NCBI GenBank assembly: GCA_053919585.1
Contig: CM132793.1
Length of the DNA: 64,000 nucleotides
Reading direction: 5' to 3' (one strand)
From: Euprymna scolopes
Taxonomy: Eukaryota
Shown: in pieces, positions 38,487 through 52,252 of the stretch
Numbering within the stretch: position 1 is the stretch's first letter
How the letters are laid out: the number at the start of each line of letters is the position of its first letter
The notes under the pieces: model-generated
What the model was told of the DNA's origin: nothing
Seen by the model: the letters and a program-made list of their open reading frames with translations, nothing else
The model's database searches: none
Position numbers and translations under genes: made by a program

Positions 38487-39003
38487 AAATGTGTAGTTTA
38501 GCGCCGTAAATTATTTGACAGACAAACAAATTATAGAAACTATTTATTTTTATATAAAATATTATTAGACCCAAAGGCTGAAATAAAACAAAAGAAAATT
38601 CATTTTTACGTTTTTTTTTTTCATTTTTATTAGACTAAATGTGCACGCCTTACACGTTTAAAATTTGGCCTTTTTTAGATTTGCCAGATTGGCTTTTTTA
38701 AGGCCAAATTTGGCCTTTTTAGGCTCTTTAATTACAAAAAAATATGGCGACCAAAAACAGTTCATGAAAGAGCTTAAAAAGGCCAATCTGATAAACCTTA
38801 GAAAGGCCAAATTTTAAAAGCAATATCGCGGCATTGAATGATAATCATAGAAAAATCATGAATCATTAAAAACTAATAATAAATGACATTTTTCTGGTTT
38901 TATTTCAGGCTTTGGGTCTAACGATGTGTTTTATATAAAAATAAATAGTTTTTATATCTTTTTTTTGTCTGGCAAATAATTTACGCCGCTAAACAACACT
39001 TTT
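38487..39003. mobile_element. Fold-back / MITE-like element
   Basis: About 120-bp imperfect inverted repeats (38487-38605 / 38881-39003) plus an inner inverted pair (about 38658-38702 / 38773-38818). Confidence 0.75.
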
Positions 39004-40389
39004 ACCAAAAGAAAACATAAACGCACACATAAATTTTACAAACGTTATTTTTTTAGGTTCACAAAATCGTGAGTTTTCTTATGACAGTGATCCCCTCTGC
39101 CGAAATATCTGGGGGGCAGGGTATCAGATACTTCTTTTAGGGGGCGATTAATTTTACGTTTTTATCCGTTCTTTTATTTTTGAAATTGTTGTGGGGGTAT
39201 CCACATTACCCATGATAAAATGATTATTATAGCAGGCGTGTTTTAAACTGAACTTTATGTCAACTCAGGCAACGGCGGGTAGCCATGCGTACCAAAGATT
39301 TAACCGACATAACTCCAATTCAACCAGACAGAAGTTTATAGAAGCTAGAAATAATTGTAAGAAAGAAATAGCGAGAGCTAAGAGAGAATTTACTGAAACC
39401 ACTAGAAAACGCATCGAAGCACAGAAATTATGAACCGTGATTGTTAGAAAATCTATAACCGTTTGGTAAATAATGGACAATCAACAATTCCCCCACTATC
39501 CAACAATCATGAGGTTAGGTGCACGGCAACCGAAAAGGCTAACATGCTTGCCAGTCGGGTTGCCTCAAACTCCACATTGGACCCTGCAAACCAACCTCTC
39601 CCTGACTTTCCTTTGTGGACAGACGCTACACTGGATGATCTGAAAATCACCTTTCTCAGATGCATGATATCGTAAAAACCTTGACACTTTAAAACATGCG
39701 GACCCGATCTCATCACGGTTGTGCTATTAAAAAATGCTCTGCCGAGGTAGCTCCGGTTCTTAGCAAGCTAGACAACAAATGCCTTAACGAATCTTGATTT
39801 CTTGTCTGTTGGGAAACTGCTTCTTTGTAACCAGTTTACACGAATTCTGGAGAAAAAACTGACCCAAAAAACTATCGCCCTATTACCCTCCTCACACTTT
39901 TCGCCAAAATATTTGTGTCCATAATTAACCAAGCTCTAGTCCATCACCTTACAGAAACTGAACTTCTGAGCGACCAACAATATGGATTTTGGTGAACCGA
40001 TTCCACAGCAGATATCCTAACTTTAATCTCCAAACGTATCTACCATTCACTGGACAAAGCAGGGAAGGGGAGAGTGGAAGCCTTAGATATATCTAAGTCT
40101 TTGACAGGGTATGGCACGCTGTTCTTCTTAGAAAAAGCAGATCATACGGTATCACTGGACGAATACGAAACATAATCAAATACTTTTTAAATAAGAGAAA
40201 ATCCAGGTTATCCTCGTATATCTAAACAATATGATCTAACCGCAGGTGTACCCCCAGGAGTCTATTCTTTGACCTTTAATATCCTAATATACATAAATGA
40301 CCTCCATGATTAAATTGCCTCTGAGATGGGTAAATATGCTGATGATACCACCCTCTATAACAGGCAAGACAAGGAAAACAAATGAACAC

Positions 40390-43300
40390 TACTTAGATAT
40401 AAATAAGTCACTTGTACCCATTCCCATCCTCCCCCTTCTTTTTAATGGAGAATAGATAATATAGTTGATGTGTTTTCGGAAGCTCCAGTAACTCTCGCTT
40501 CTCATTTTTTGTCTCTCAGTCCTCATTCATTGAGTGATTTTTCTGACAAAGGGTGAAGAAAAAGCTACTTAAAGGTCGGTAGTACTTGGTGAACAGTAGC
40601 CTGAGATGTCGGAAATTTTTCTGTCTCTATGTCCGTCCTTGTGGCCATGTCACTAGTAAGGGTGCTGGAGTTAATGTTTTGTCTGGGCTGACGTTATCCG
40701 CCTGATAGTCAGGGACCCGTCAAGCTGAATCCACTTTGAAAATTTTCCCCCACTCTTTATTTGTGCCTAAATCAAAACGTGGATTCCATCAACAAAGCTT
40801 CTTTCTTAGAACTGCACGCCTGTGGAACTCTGTTCCGTCTGCCTGCTTCCCACCTGACTACCACTTGGATGTCTTCAAGTACAACGTTAACAAAGTCCAA
40901 CGTTAACAAATTCCTAATGAACCGCCCCCTTAAGTAAACACTTCATCAAATCTCCACACTAACGTAATGTTTTTTTTTTCACAGTGATCACCACTTATCA
41001 AGGCCCGGAAGCCACTCAGGGATAAGGGTTATTGCAAGTACATTACGTTAGTGTGGAGATTTGATGAAGTGTTTACTTAAGAGGGCGGTTCATTAGGAAT
41101 TTGTTAACATTAGACTTGAAGACATCCAAGTTGTAGTCCGGTGGGAAGCAGGCAGACGGAACAGAGTTCCACAGGCGTGCAGTTCTAAGAAAGAAGCTTT
41201 GTTCATGGAATCCGCGCCTTGATCTAGGCACAGATATAGAGTGGGGGAAATTTTTCACAGTGGATTCAGCTAGACGGGTGTTTTTCGTGAAAGATTGGCG
41301 AGGGGGGGACCAGGGATTGGAGTTCAGACGAGCACCTGCCATGAAAATAACGATAAAACAAGAATAGGCTCGCAACGTCCCTTCTGTGGGAGAGGGGTTG
41401 CAGGGTAGGGAAAAGAGCATCCCCCACTAAACCATGAAGTCTATTTTGTACTCTGTCAAGGCATGATAGGCTGTTTTTGGCAGCTCCTGCCCAGATATGG
41501 CAACAGTATTCCATCCTTGGACGCACTTGGCTTTTATATAGATAGAGAATCGCATCAGTAGTGAGATATCTTCTGGAGCGGTAGAAGGATCCCACCATCT
41601 TTCCAGCGACCTTGGCAACAGACTTGATGTACGTGTTCCATTTCAGATCAGGAGTAAAGGTCAAACCCAGAAGCTTGTCAAAACACGGGGCCTCACCCAG
41701 ACGAGAGCCATCCATCACAATTGATGCCAGATGGGGATCAGAGCGTTGATGATGTAAGGATAGGAGTTTGGTTTTGGATGCATTAAAGGTAACTAGCCAC
41801 ATCTTCCCCCACTGAACCACACGCTCGAGATCAGAGGAGAGAGAATCAGAGAGAACTTCGTCATTTACAGCCTTTGATGTGTTGCCGTAGATGGTCGTGT
41901 CATCAGCATAGATGTCAACGAATGATTTAAGTATGTGTTTAGGGAGGTCATTGATGTAGATCAGGAAGAGAGTTGGGCCCAGGATTGACCCCTGAGAGAC
42001 TCCAGCATTTATATTGCAGGCCTCCGATTTTTGTCCATCTACCACTACTCTTATGAGCCTATCGGAGAGAAATGATTTAATGATTGAGAAAACATTTCCA
42101 GTTATACCGTAGCTGGAAATCTTGTGAAGTAGACCCTTATGCCATACCTTGTCGAAGGCCTTTGATATGTCAAGAGCAATTGCCCTAGAAAGGAAGCCTT
42201 TGTCAAGAGATTCACTAATCCTGTGGGATATAACCGTCAGCACATCTGCGGTAGATCTTGCAGAGCGGAAACCATATTGTGTGTCACTAAGAAGGTTATT
42301 CCTGCTGAGGTGGTTGACTATTTCTCTATTTAATATGGATTCCAGCAACTTACTCATAACACAGAGAAGACTTATTGGTCTGTACTGAGAGGGAGATGAC
42401 TTATCACCTGAATTCTTAAATACAGGGCAAACTGATGAGGTCTTCCAGGGAGTCGGAAAGCACTTCTCCTTAAGGCAGCGCTTAAATAGTTTCGTAAGTA
42501 TGGGAGCAAGTTCTGGTTGAAGCTTTTTTAACACTATAATTGGGATGCCATCAGGGCCAGTTGCTTTACTGGAATCTAGGTTTTTTATAAGCTTGGCGAC
42601 CTCATGCACGGATATTTATATGTTACCTAGCTTGTTCTGTGTTATAGGAGGAAATATGGGGAGTTGATGGCCTTCGTCGCATAGGGTAGAATTAGCTGCA
42701 AAGTTCTTTGCAAATAGTTTGGCCTTGTCTGACGCTGACGAGATGACCTCTGGTCCATTGATAATGGTTGGGATAGAACGCACACTTCTGTTCAGGATCC
42801 TATTTGTTATTTGCCAAAACTGGTGGGATCCAAGCCGCTGATCAGCTACCTTGGATTTAACAGACTGGGCATATAGCTCTCTTGCATTTTTGATTACTCT
42901 TTTACAGTGGTTGCTGGCAGTCCTGAAAGCAGCTTTAGTCTCAGTGCATCTATTACGTTGGTAGCTATGGAAAAAGTGATTTCTGTGCGCGATAGCAGCA
43001 GCACATTCTGGGGAGAACCATGGCTGGCTGTTAGGTTTTTGTTGGAATTTTTTAGATGGTATGAATTGGTCTATGCCTACAATTAACCATTCGGTCAGAT
43101 CTGATACTATAGAGGACACTTCCTTTTTAAACATGGAGTGCACAGGTAAATCAGATATGAATGTACGGAAGCTATCCCAGTCAGCCATAGAGTATCGGTA
43201 TACAGTACGGTGGAGGGGTACTCTGGGGGCTTCTTACATTTCGTTTTTATGTTAACTGATACGACGGAGTGGTCGGAGGATCCTAGGGGAGAATGAACGG

Positions 43301-43838
43301 TACATGAACATAGCTCAGGAGAAGTTGAGAGAAAAAGGTCTAAGAGGCTTGCATATTGATTGGGTGTATCGGGCACACGGGTGGGTTCGCGAACAATCTG
43401 AGTGAGGTCATAAGCAATGGCAAAATCATGACAAAACCTCCCCTCATCATCTGTCTTATTTGAATGGGTCAGCCATTCCACGTTATGGACGTTGAAGTCA
43501 CCACAGATGTGGATGTCAGCCGAGGGATGTGAAGACAGTATGTGGTCTATTTTCTCAGATATGCTCTTAAAGATAGTAACTCCGCTGTTGTGGGGCCTAT
43601 AGAGGGCAAATATAAATGCAGTGGTGTTAGCAAGTGCAACGCTGAAGCACATATAGGGTAAATTAGGATCTTCTCTAGAGATATCCCTGCCACATGGGAA
43701 GCCATCCTTAATGTAGGCACATATTCCATGCCCATGGCGATCTTGGGTGTAAGATTTAGCTGTTAAATTGGACTTGCAATAACCCGTATCCCTGAGTGGC
43801 TTCCGGGTCTTGATAAGTGGTGACCACTGTGTAAAAAA
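40390..43838 (+). mobile_element. Insertion with 10-bp TSD: short family-A derivative, itself split by an antisense family-A copy
   Basis: AAATGAACAC at 40380-40389 and 43839-43848; family-A 3' end at about 40723-40970 continues at 43772-43840. Confidence 0.85.
40970..43771 (-). mobile_element. Young 5'-truncated CR1/L2-group LINE family A (APE-RT ORF with about 3 lesions)
   Basis: ORF pieces 43107-43745 (GDFNVH, LDLFL, SDH), 42616-43188, 41266-42609 (ALDISKAFDKVWH, QGSILGP, YADD), 41073-41420; A-rich tail. Confidence 0.97.
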
Positions 43839-44389
43839 AAATGAACACACATCTACGAAAATGGCCAAAACACTAGAGGAAGACCTCCAATTTGCAGTAA
43901 AATGGGAACATAAATGAGTGGTCACATTGAATGCTGCCAAGACTTGTTTCATTCAATAATTACAAGAAAATCTCTCTACCACCATTAACAATAGGTAAAA
44001 CCCCATTACCTGAAAGTGCTTCTTTTAAATTTTTCGGCCTAATGTTCACAGGGAACATGAGTTGGGACGTGCCCCCGCGACGTAAGTATCCCCGACAAAC
44101 ACGACTAGCAACTAAATCCCACCCCTACAGAGTAGAGATCCCTAGATGTAAGATAACTTTCTACCCCAGTAGTTTTTTTCCTCAGAACTGCTAGACTTTG
44201 GAACTCCCTTACGGGTCCCTGCTTTCCAACTGTACTGACATGCAGAAGTTCAAGTGTAATGTGAACAAAACTCTTGCTGCACAACTCCTTACATAGCACC
44301 CCTGTCGCTTTTGTCCCTGATAATAGCCCTTTACATCAAAGTGACAATATGGCTTGTTTGGGGTGAAATATTATTTAAAAAGTGTCTAT

Positions 44390-44935
44390 GTAAGCAATAG
44401 GTCTGGTTTTCCATATTTACAGAAAACTGCCATTGCATCTTGATAAATTGTTTGGAAATTCCAAAGACTTCATGAAAAAGGTGATAGAATACCTGGTACA
44501 CCAAGATCATTACCTTTATTCCTTGCCAAATGATCCATTAAGCCAGAATATTGAGCCGCTCTTAGTTGACTTTGATGGCTTCTAATAAGGTTCAACCTAT
44601 AACCTTCAACTTTCACTAAAGCATCAGCTACATACTGTTAGAATAGATTACCAGATCTATGGATAATAGTATTTGGTTATCTATAATTGCAAGGCGATAA
44701 CTGTAATACTTTTGCATTTTCACTTAATTGCGAACTCCTGGTTGCTGTTCTCGGTTATGTTGCATGCTTATGTGCCAGCCTTGTTCACCATTTGGAAATA
44801 ATATGAAATATATAAGGTTCAAGTGGCAAGACAGATAAGAAATGCATTGTGTTGCTTCACCATGAAGGTGAACGATAATATTTCTGTTAGCAGGTGGACC
44901 ACCATCCTCACCAACAAATACTGATACAGATATTT
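44390..44935 (-). pseudogene. Helitron RepHel fragment (Rep region)
   Basis: Minus strand: ILFPNGEQGWH, QYVADALVKVEGYRLNLIRSHQSQLRAAQYSGLMDHL, YQDAMAVFCKYGKPDLLLT. Confidence 0.9.
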
Positions 44936-46032
44936 TCTATCTTCCTGATTACTTGCGTACAGAATACTGGAATAATGAGAGGGTTGGCTTTGTAAGCGAA
45001 AACAATAACGATCTTTTCCAAGAGGATGGAATATATTTGATCCAAATAATGCAAATGAAAATTATGAGTTGTAATTGCGTATATTAATATTGATATAAAT
45101 TGGCTATTTTATGTTATAATAAAAAAATGTCAGGTTTCTCACCATGTTTTCTGAATAATAACGTTATTATTTCAGCACGGTTCGTTTTAAATTGTCGTTT
45201 TTTATTTTATTATTTTTTTTATTAATTTTATTTTTTTGTTTAATGTAAGAAAAACATTTCCTTTATTCATCTATAAGAAACAATTAAATTAGTTTCGTTA
45301 AAAATGTAATTATTTGTTTGCTTATATTTCTATATAAGCCCAGAAATTTCTTCACTTAACCAGTAAAATTACTGGTAAATTCATTCTATCGTAAACAAAC
45401 GAATTTAACTGACTTTTGGATAATTATAAGCTTATTACTTTAAACAGAAACTAAATATTTGATCCTGAGTAAGTTTTTAATATTTTTTGTTATCTCCTAT
45501 ATTCGGTGCAGAAATCGCCCTCTGGACCAATGTACCGTAGGTTTGCAATAATAGATGCAACATACTAATTCATTACGTATAGGCTATTAGCCACTATCTT
45601 ATATAATTTTTTACCACAATTTTAAACCCATTAAGCCGTTAAATAATATGCTGCATTTCATCTTAAGAGGAACATCATCATAATCGCGATATCTAAAAAG
45701 GAAGAAGTCCCTATTTTGCTCTATGAATATTTAGTCCTTTCACTGGTACCAGCTGACACCCTGACTTTTTCTACATTTTCGTACGATATTTGCATTGAAC
45801 AAATCGTAGTTGCTTACTAGATACATACACATAATATGATCTTTCTATTCCCCGCTTCGAAAATAATAAATTCTCCCTTCTCAAAATCCGCCGCATCTCT
45901 ATACATAACCTACATAAACGAACGCCCAAGAAATTTTATAATATTGCAGCGCTCTCTACGTGCTGAAAAATATTACTAAACATAAAAATTATTAACAGCT
46001 AATAAAGAGAAATTTTCATACTGTTAACCATA

Positions 46033-46110
46033 CGAGGGGCGTGCAATAAGTAATGCCCCTGATCCACTTTCATTTTTCTGATCTAGCTGAAATTTTTCAT
46101 GTGCAATGCT
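46033..46110 (+). mobile_element. Mariner-type terminal fragment
   Basis: TA then CGAGGGGCGTGCAATAAGTAATGC, typical mariner TIR start; no partner TIR found. Confidence 0.55.
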
Positions 46111-46775
46111 TTATATCTTTACGGGTTATGTGGTAAATTACAGCTCTGAACTTATTGTAGTTTCTGTTTTTCTGTTTATTAGTGCTCCATAAATAGCAAA
46201 GATATTTGTTATAGCAGTTTAATCTCTTATTAAATTCAAAACTTACTATTTCCATAAAACTAAGCACGGCAAAAAAAACAACAACAAAAAACAAGTATTT
46301 TTTTAAAATTTAAATCTATTAAAATCTATTATTTTTTAGCAACTCTTTTTCCAAAGAGATTCATTTCCAAATTTTATCACATAATAAGCAGAATACTATT
46401 AAAAAAATTGTACTAATTTTAACAGATGTTTTAATTTTATATCGTAAAAAAACACTATTCACCGCCATTTTTGTATTGTTGTTTAACATAATATCATATT
46501 TTTAAAAGGTTTTTGATCAATTAATTGTTTGTCTAAATAAGCTTTAGAATGATTTGCTATAAGAATATGCAAACCTATTATGACATAAATACCTTAATTA
46601 AAAATAATACACTCGGTTATTTCAATATATAGATTTCACGTGGCGAAATTTAAAAAAATCCAACATTTCACGTTTCTTTCAAACTACGGTAGCCTTTACA
46701 AAACAAAATAAAATTATTTAGTTCTAAATGTGTTTTGACGTTTATTTGAAGAATAAGAGTTTATTTTTTCATAAA

Positions 46776-46777
<2 letters not shown>

Positions 46778-46830
<53 letters not shown>
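46778..46830. repeat. (TA)n microsatellite
   Basis: Directly visible. Confidence 0.98.
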
Positions 46831-46832
<2 letters not shown>

Positions 46833-46834
46833 GG

Positions 46835-47995
46835 AAATAGTATTCCGACAAAATTGAGAAATAAAAAAGAACAAACAGATTTATGTGGTAATCAACGTTT
46901 CGTCTTTATTTCGAGACTTCCTCTGGATGAATGAGATATAAAACAAAAACACCAGTACAAATATTTGAAAATATGTCATGTGCAAGGTGTGGCGCTCTTC
47001 TATTTCGGAAATGGAAAAAGACGTAAGAAATTCAAGTAAAGAAGGGGAGTTTGCGTTTTTAAAGAGAGGGAGATTTTTAATAACATCATATTGTTGTTAA
47101 TATGTTTTTAAAAGATATGAACAGAGTTAATATTCTTTCTGGAAAGAATACGTTCGGTTAAATTCAAATATAGGTGTGCAACAGAAATGAACTGAGTGTG
47201 CTTTGTTATGTAATTTATAAATTGAGATTATATGTATTAAATATTACAGGGGGTGTTTCTATGGCGTGAGAAGGTTAACCTGTGTATACAATTAAATTGT
47301 TCTTTTAATAAAAGTTTACTTATTAATGACGCTACATTATAGAAACCTGCACGTTGTATAATTGTGCTTGAATTTGCGATAAGTGCTGATTCAAGAAGTC
47401 TCTGACGCGGTTTATTTGAAATAAATTTAACTATTTTTTGCTTGTTTAAAGTCAAAGGCGTGATTAGGCTGCAATGAATGAGAGAATAATGCATTAGAGA
47501 ATTGATATTTTTTATATCCCTGTTATGCTCACTACGCCTTTTTCTACCTTACGCTGGGTTTCACTTACGTATTTATGATAGCAATTTTGTCTATGCCTGC
47601 ATTGGAAACCGGATTGTTTTGGAGATGTTTTTAGTTTTAAATATTTGTCTTATAGTTTGTGATGTTGTTTGTATGATTTAAATCCTAGTTTGTTTAGTGT
47701 GTGTCAAATTATTATATTATTAGTGTGTTGGCAAAAAGGTGTCTGTTTACGAGAAAAAGGTTTGGTGTATATGATTTTTGATTATTTATCCTGAAAAACA
47801 TTTGTGAGGCTTTTTGCTTTGCATTCAATATGAAATATGTGCGATATTGCAAGGTTTTCAAAGTGTTTATGAAGTATTTGAATTCTTCATCCAGATATTC
47901 TGGACTGAAAATTCTGAATACGCGTACGAAGAAACCAACTATCATACTTGTTTTTATTTTGTTATTATAGTGTGAATATAAATGTATGTAAAGAT
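46835..47995 (-). mobile_element. Decayed Penelope-like element (RT thumb, GIY-YIG, tail)
   Basis: YIHLYSH, GFFVRVFRIFSPEYLDEEF, YVSET..RRSEH, RRLLESALI-like, GFYN. Confidence 0.88.
46891..46928 (-). ncRNA. Minimal PLE-type hammerhead variant
   Basis: ATC CAGAGGA A GTCT..AGAC GAAA CGTT GAT (U4 replaced by A). Confidence 0.5.
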
Positions 47996-48175
47996 ACAGA
48001 TTTTCGAAAAGGTTTCATACAGGGTTTTAATTCAATCGTAGTTAATCAACCCTATGAAAATGTACTTCCAAGGAGATACATAGATGCAATTGAAACACCT
48101 AGCGAATAACAAGAACATGATTATACCATCAGCTGATAAAGGCGGTGATATAGTATTAATGGAAAAATATGAATG
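47996..48175 (+). mobile_element. Inverted N-terminal fragment of a PLE ORF
   Basis: FRKGFIQG..LPRRYIDA..LANNKNMIIPSADKGGDIVLM (ADKG motif). Confidence 0.85.
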
Positions 48176-49918
48176 TTTGAGGCAGCACCTGCATCTAGTA
48201 TCATGCTTGGTTGTCTTGACGCTATCTTGTCATGAGGACAAAGTGTTTCTGCACTATAGTGTGTAGTAGATGCAAGTCCCCAAACGTGTGACTAAATCAA
48301 GCGCAAGTAACAGCATCATCAGATACTTTACAAACCAACGATGTTCCTATTTACTTGCTTTCCAACGAGTTAGACACAAGATTGATTTTTATTAAGGGGA
48401 AAAGCGGGCGCCCCAAAATAGGGCACTCTGGATAAGAACAAACATAAAAAAATGCCCCAATCAAGAAAGATTTCTCTTTCATTGAACACGGAAAGGATAA
48501 GTTAAGTGTAGCATCAAACAGATAGTATACTCTGATCTTAGTCCCCAAACCAGCGATGTTTGTGTTCTTCATCGAGAACAATGGGTGAAATACTCCCCCT
48601 CATTTGTGGTCCCTTCTACTCTTAAAATTCTTTTATTAGCACCAAACAGGCAAATACTCTTTTTTAAAAATTGAATTTAATTATACTCCCAAAAGCCATT
48701 TATGGTGAAATACCTTCAATATCATGTTATTTTCGCCTTATAGTCTGTCCTTCAAACTAATTTCTATCAAGCTTTATCTTTTTCTTAGTAAATACCTGTA
48801 AATAAAAGCAAATTAAAACTGCTTTTTTCCTGATAGTTTTATTTTACTTCAACTATAAACTATTTTATTTTCAAAAATTGAATGTATTTTCAATTTCATG
48901 ATTACAATCATTTTCCTGTTTCTTTTGTAACCTGTGATATACTTATCCCATAAAACATATAAAATTGTTTTTTTCCATAAATCATATAAAATTCGTTTTT
49001 CTCCAATTTTTCATCGCATAATTTGTGGAAAAGATTTTCATTAGTTGGCCCTAAAAATTGTGTCATCGCGTAGCGGCAACCTTGGATGTAATTTTGGAAA
49101 AGGGGAAGGTAACACTGTTTGTAAATGCATAACAACTATTTGAGACCGTACAGTTTTCCGTAAGTTAAGTAATATCACATAACAAGAAATTGCCGAGAGG
49201 AATCATCGTATTTTTAGCAAAATCTGCGGTTATTTATCGATTTTTCTTTTTTGTATTGATTCTTCAAAGAATTTCCTATATAATAGTATATTAGCAATAT
49301 TGAGCCCACTGAAAGAAAATTATTACTTTTTATTTCAAAGTCGTGTTTTTCGTAAAAATAATGACAATATATAATTTCTTTTCTAATCTAAAAATAAATA
49401 TTTATTATTAACATATCTGACGAATTTCATGCTTCAAAACACAAAGGATGAAAAATAAATCCATTGCAATTTTTGATTTTCAATCTTAAAATCTGATACT
49501 TGCACAGTTGTTTTGTTTGTTTTATTTACAATCCTTACCGTCCCCACAATACAATATATTTTGTTCCATTTCGGCTGATTATTTTAAGCATATTTGTACG
49601 CACAAATAAAGAACGGGTTTTTGTAGGCAAAAAGAATATATAAATATCGGTTATGAAAAAATAACACTAGTATAAAGGTCATTTTTTTACTTAATAATCA
49701 GTGAAAATTTCGTATTGATTGGACAATTACTTGGTTTCTATTAGATTTTTAAACAGAGACCTCGTCAAAAGATACTTACTCCCTCATTCTGTTTTAGCTG
49801 TGCCTACATAAAACTATCATTGTGAGTTTATTTTCAAGATTGTAGAATGTGTTTGATAGAGGTACAAATTATGTTAAGACCTCTATTCTTGTTTAAAAGT
49901 GTATTTGGGACAATTTAA

Positions 49919-52100
49919 NNNNNNNNNNNNNNNNNNNNNNNNNNNNNNNNNNNNNNNNNNNNNNNNNNNNNNNNNNNNNNNNNNNNNNNNNNNNNNNNNN
50001 NNNNNNNNNNNNNNNNNNNNNNNNNNNNNNNNNNNNNNNNNNNNNNNNNTGAATAAATTTGAAAATTTAAACATTTTTCAATAGGAAATTAACTCCGTAA
50101 ATACTCGAATCATTCTCAGATTATAAAGTTAGAGGTGCTAAATCTACTTTCTATTGTTATATTGCTTTTACTTCTTGAAAAAGGTTACATCATTATCATT
50201 ATTTTAAAATGAACTGAGTCTTCTGATATTTAAACATTGAGAATTCGAATTAAATTTGTCATTTTAATATATAGTGTAGTGTATGTATAGTTTGTCATAT
50301 AATATATAGTGTAGAAATATTTATATTTTGTTGTTTTTCTTTTGTTATATTGTGATAAATGTAATAAATAATTTTCGAGTTTAAATATATAATTACATTG
50401 TTGGCAATACGAATGCAATTTCAAGGTCATATGCAAGTGTTGTGTAGTTTTGATTCTTAACTTGATGCTGTCGTCTCAATACTTTCTAAGGAAAGAATAG
50501 ATAAATCATCAACACGAAATAACATATGCAAATCTTGTAAATATATTTAAATATGAACTCATTCCTGATAGAAAGTAAAGATAAGGAAATAAAAATGCAA
50601 AATAGCTGATTTTATTAGAAGCGAATTCGTATCGCGCGTAAATCAAAGGATTTAATATTGGATTCTGTGTGTAAAGAAAACAAGGGATCGACAACGTTAT
50701 TAACGTAATAATAAAACATGTGATTTTAAGCATTTATTACATTGCTATTTATGACTGCATTTCATAAAACTCTCATAAAACCGTGCGGTAAATTGAATAA
50801 ATATGCTTTCTTTAGGCATTATAGAAAATAAAATGAACTCAGGCTTTACAAACTAAAATGTTATTTTTAACTTGTGTGCTACAGGTAAATTACATTTATA
50901 TCTTAAGTGTTATAAAATATTAAATGTTATTTTTAACGTTAAATGCTATAGCAAATTTAAAATGCGATGACAAACGTCTGCATTTAAAAGGTAATAAAAT
51001 GCCACCTAAAACTTAAACGTTGTAAACAAAATTAATGCTATTTCAAAGTGAACCATTGCGAATATATTCTGATTTATAATTTTCATAAATATTCCGACTT
51101 TCAGTATTATAAGGAGTCTGAAGCGTAAGTGTTATGGCTGTAATTTATTCTGTTTTCTAAATAATTTTCACTTCAGATATTTTAATTTAAATAATTTTAT
51201 TTTAAAAATATTTTGTTTTATTTTGTAACAGAATGCGGTGACTACCAGAGACTAATAAGCAAAGGAGATGTAAAGCAAATGATTTGGGTAATTTTTTTGC
51301 ATANNNNNNNNNNNNNNNNNNNNNNNNNNNNNNNNNNNNNNNNNNNNNNNNNNNNNNNNNNNNNNNNNNNNNNNNNNNNNNNNNNNNNNNNNNNNNNNNN
51401 NNNNNNNNNNNNNNNNNNNNNNNNNNNNNNNNNNNNNNNNNNNNNNNNNNNCTACTGGCATTCACTCTGTCAACTCAACCAAATCTTACACATTCCTGAA
51501 CATTTCTTGACGATGACGAAAAACAACAAAATAGCGGCATGCTTCAAATACACAACTCTAACTATGACACATTTATTAATAACTTGGATCCATACACAAA
51601 ACGCTTTGCGAAAAATTAGAAAAATTAAAAAGGTATAACTAAACAAATCCTCTCCGTTGTATTTTACAATGCTTGTTTAAATGAATATATAAATAAATAA
51701 CGTTTCCGCTGTATTCCAAATTCCAAAGTTTATTTATCTTAATAATCAATTTATTCAAATTGAAAATGTCGGTACTTTGTTACAAACTTGTTTTTTTTTG
51801 TGTGAAACAATCAATATGTTCAGGGTAACATTGAATCTTTTCTTACGTATAGTTATAAAAAACAAAAATCTCTTTTGAAATGAAGAATGGTCATGTAATA
51901 TTGAAAATAAACCATATAAACTAACTCACTTCGTCATACAACCTCAATGCAAAGCTAAANNNNNNNNNNNNNNNNNNNNNNNNNNNNNNNNNNNNNNNNN
52001 NNNNNNNNNNNNNNNNNNNNNNNNNNNNNNNNNNNNNNNNNNNNNNNNNNNNNNNNNNNNNNNNNNNNNNNNNNNNNNNNNNNNNNNNNNNNNNNNNNNN
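49919..52100. other. Region containing three assembly gaps (49919-50049, 51304-51451, 51960-52100)
   Basis: Runs of N. Confidence 1.
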
Positions 52101-52199
52101 AAAGTAATGGACTAATGAATTCAACGAGGTTGTTAGATAGTGCTCAATAAAAAGAGCTGATAATACTTGTTTATTGTTATATAAACATGGTTACATCCT

Positions 52200-52252
52200 G
52201 CTGCTACAAATAGCCACTTGTTTCAATCAAACAACAGATATCATCAGGCAGC
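52200..52252 (-). ncRNA. Type I hammerhead ribozyme
   Basis: GCTGC CTGATGA TATC tgttgttt GATT GAAA CAAGTGGCTATTTG TA GCAGC on the minus strand. Confidence 0.75.

Larger units (their letters stand above)
39265..44381 (+). mobile_element. Decayed CR1/L2-group LINE family B, split by nested insertions
   Basis: EKANMLA..FASNSTL-like, YRPI, YADDTT up to 40389; resumes at 43839 (..VTLNAAK, SFFPRTARLWNSL). Confidence 0.9.
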
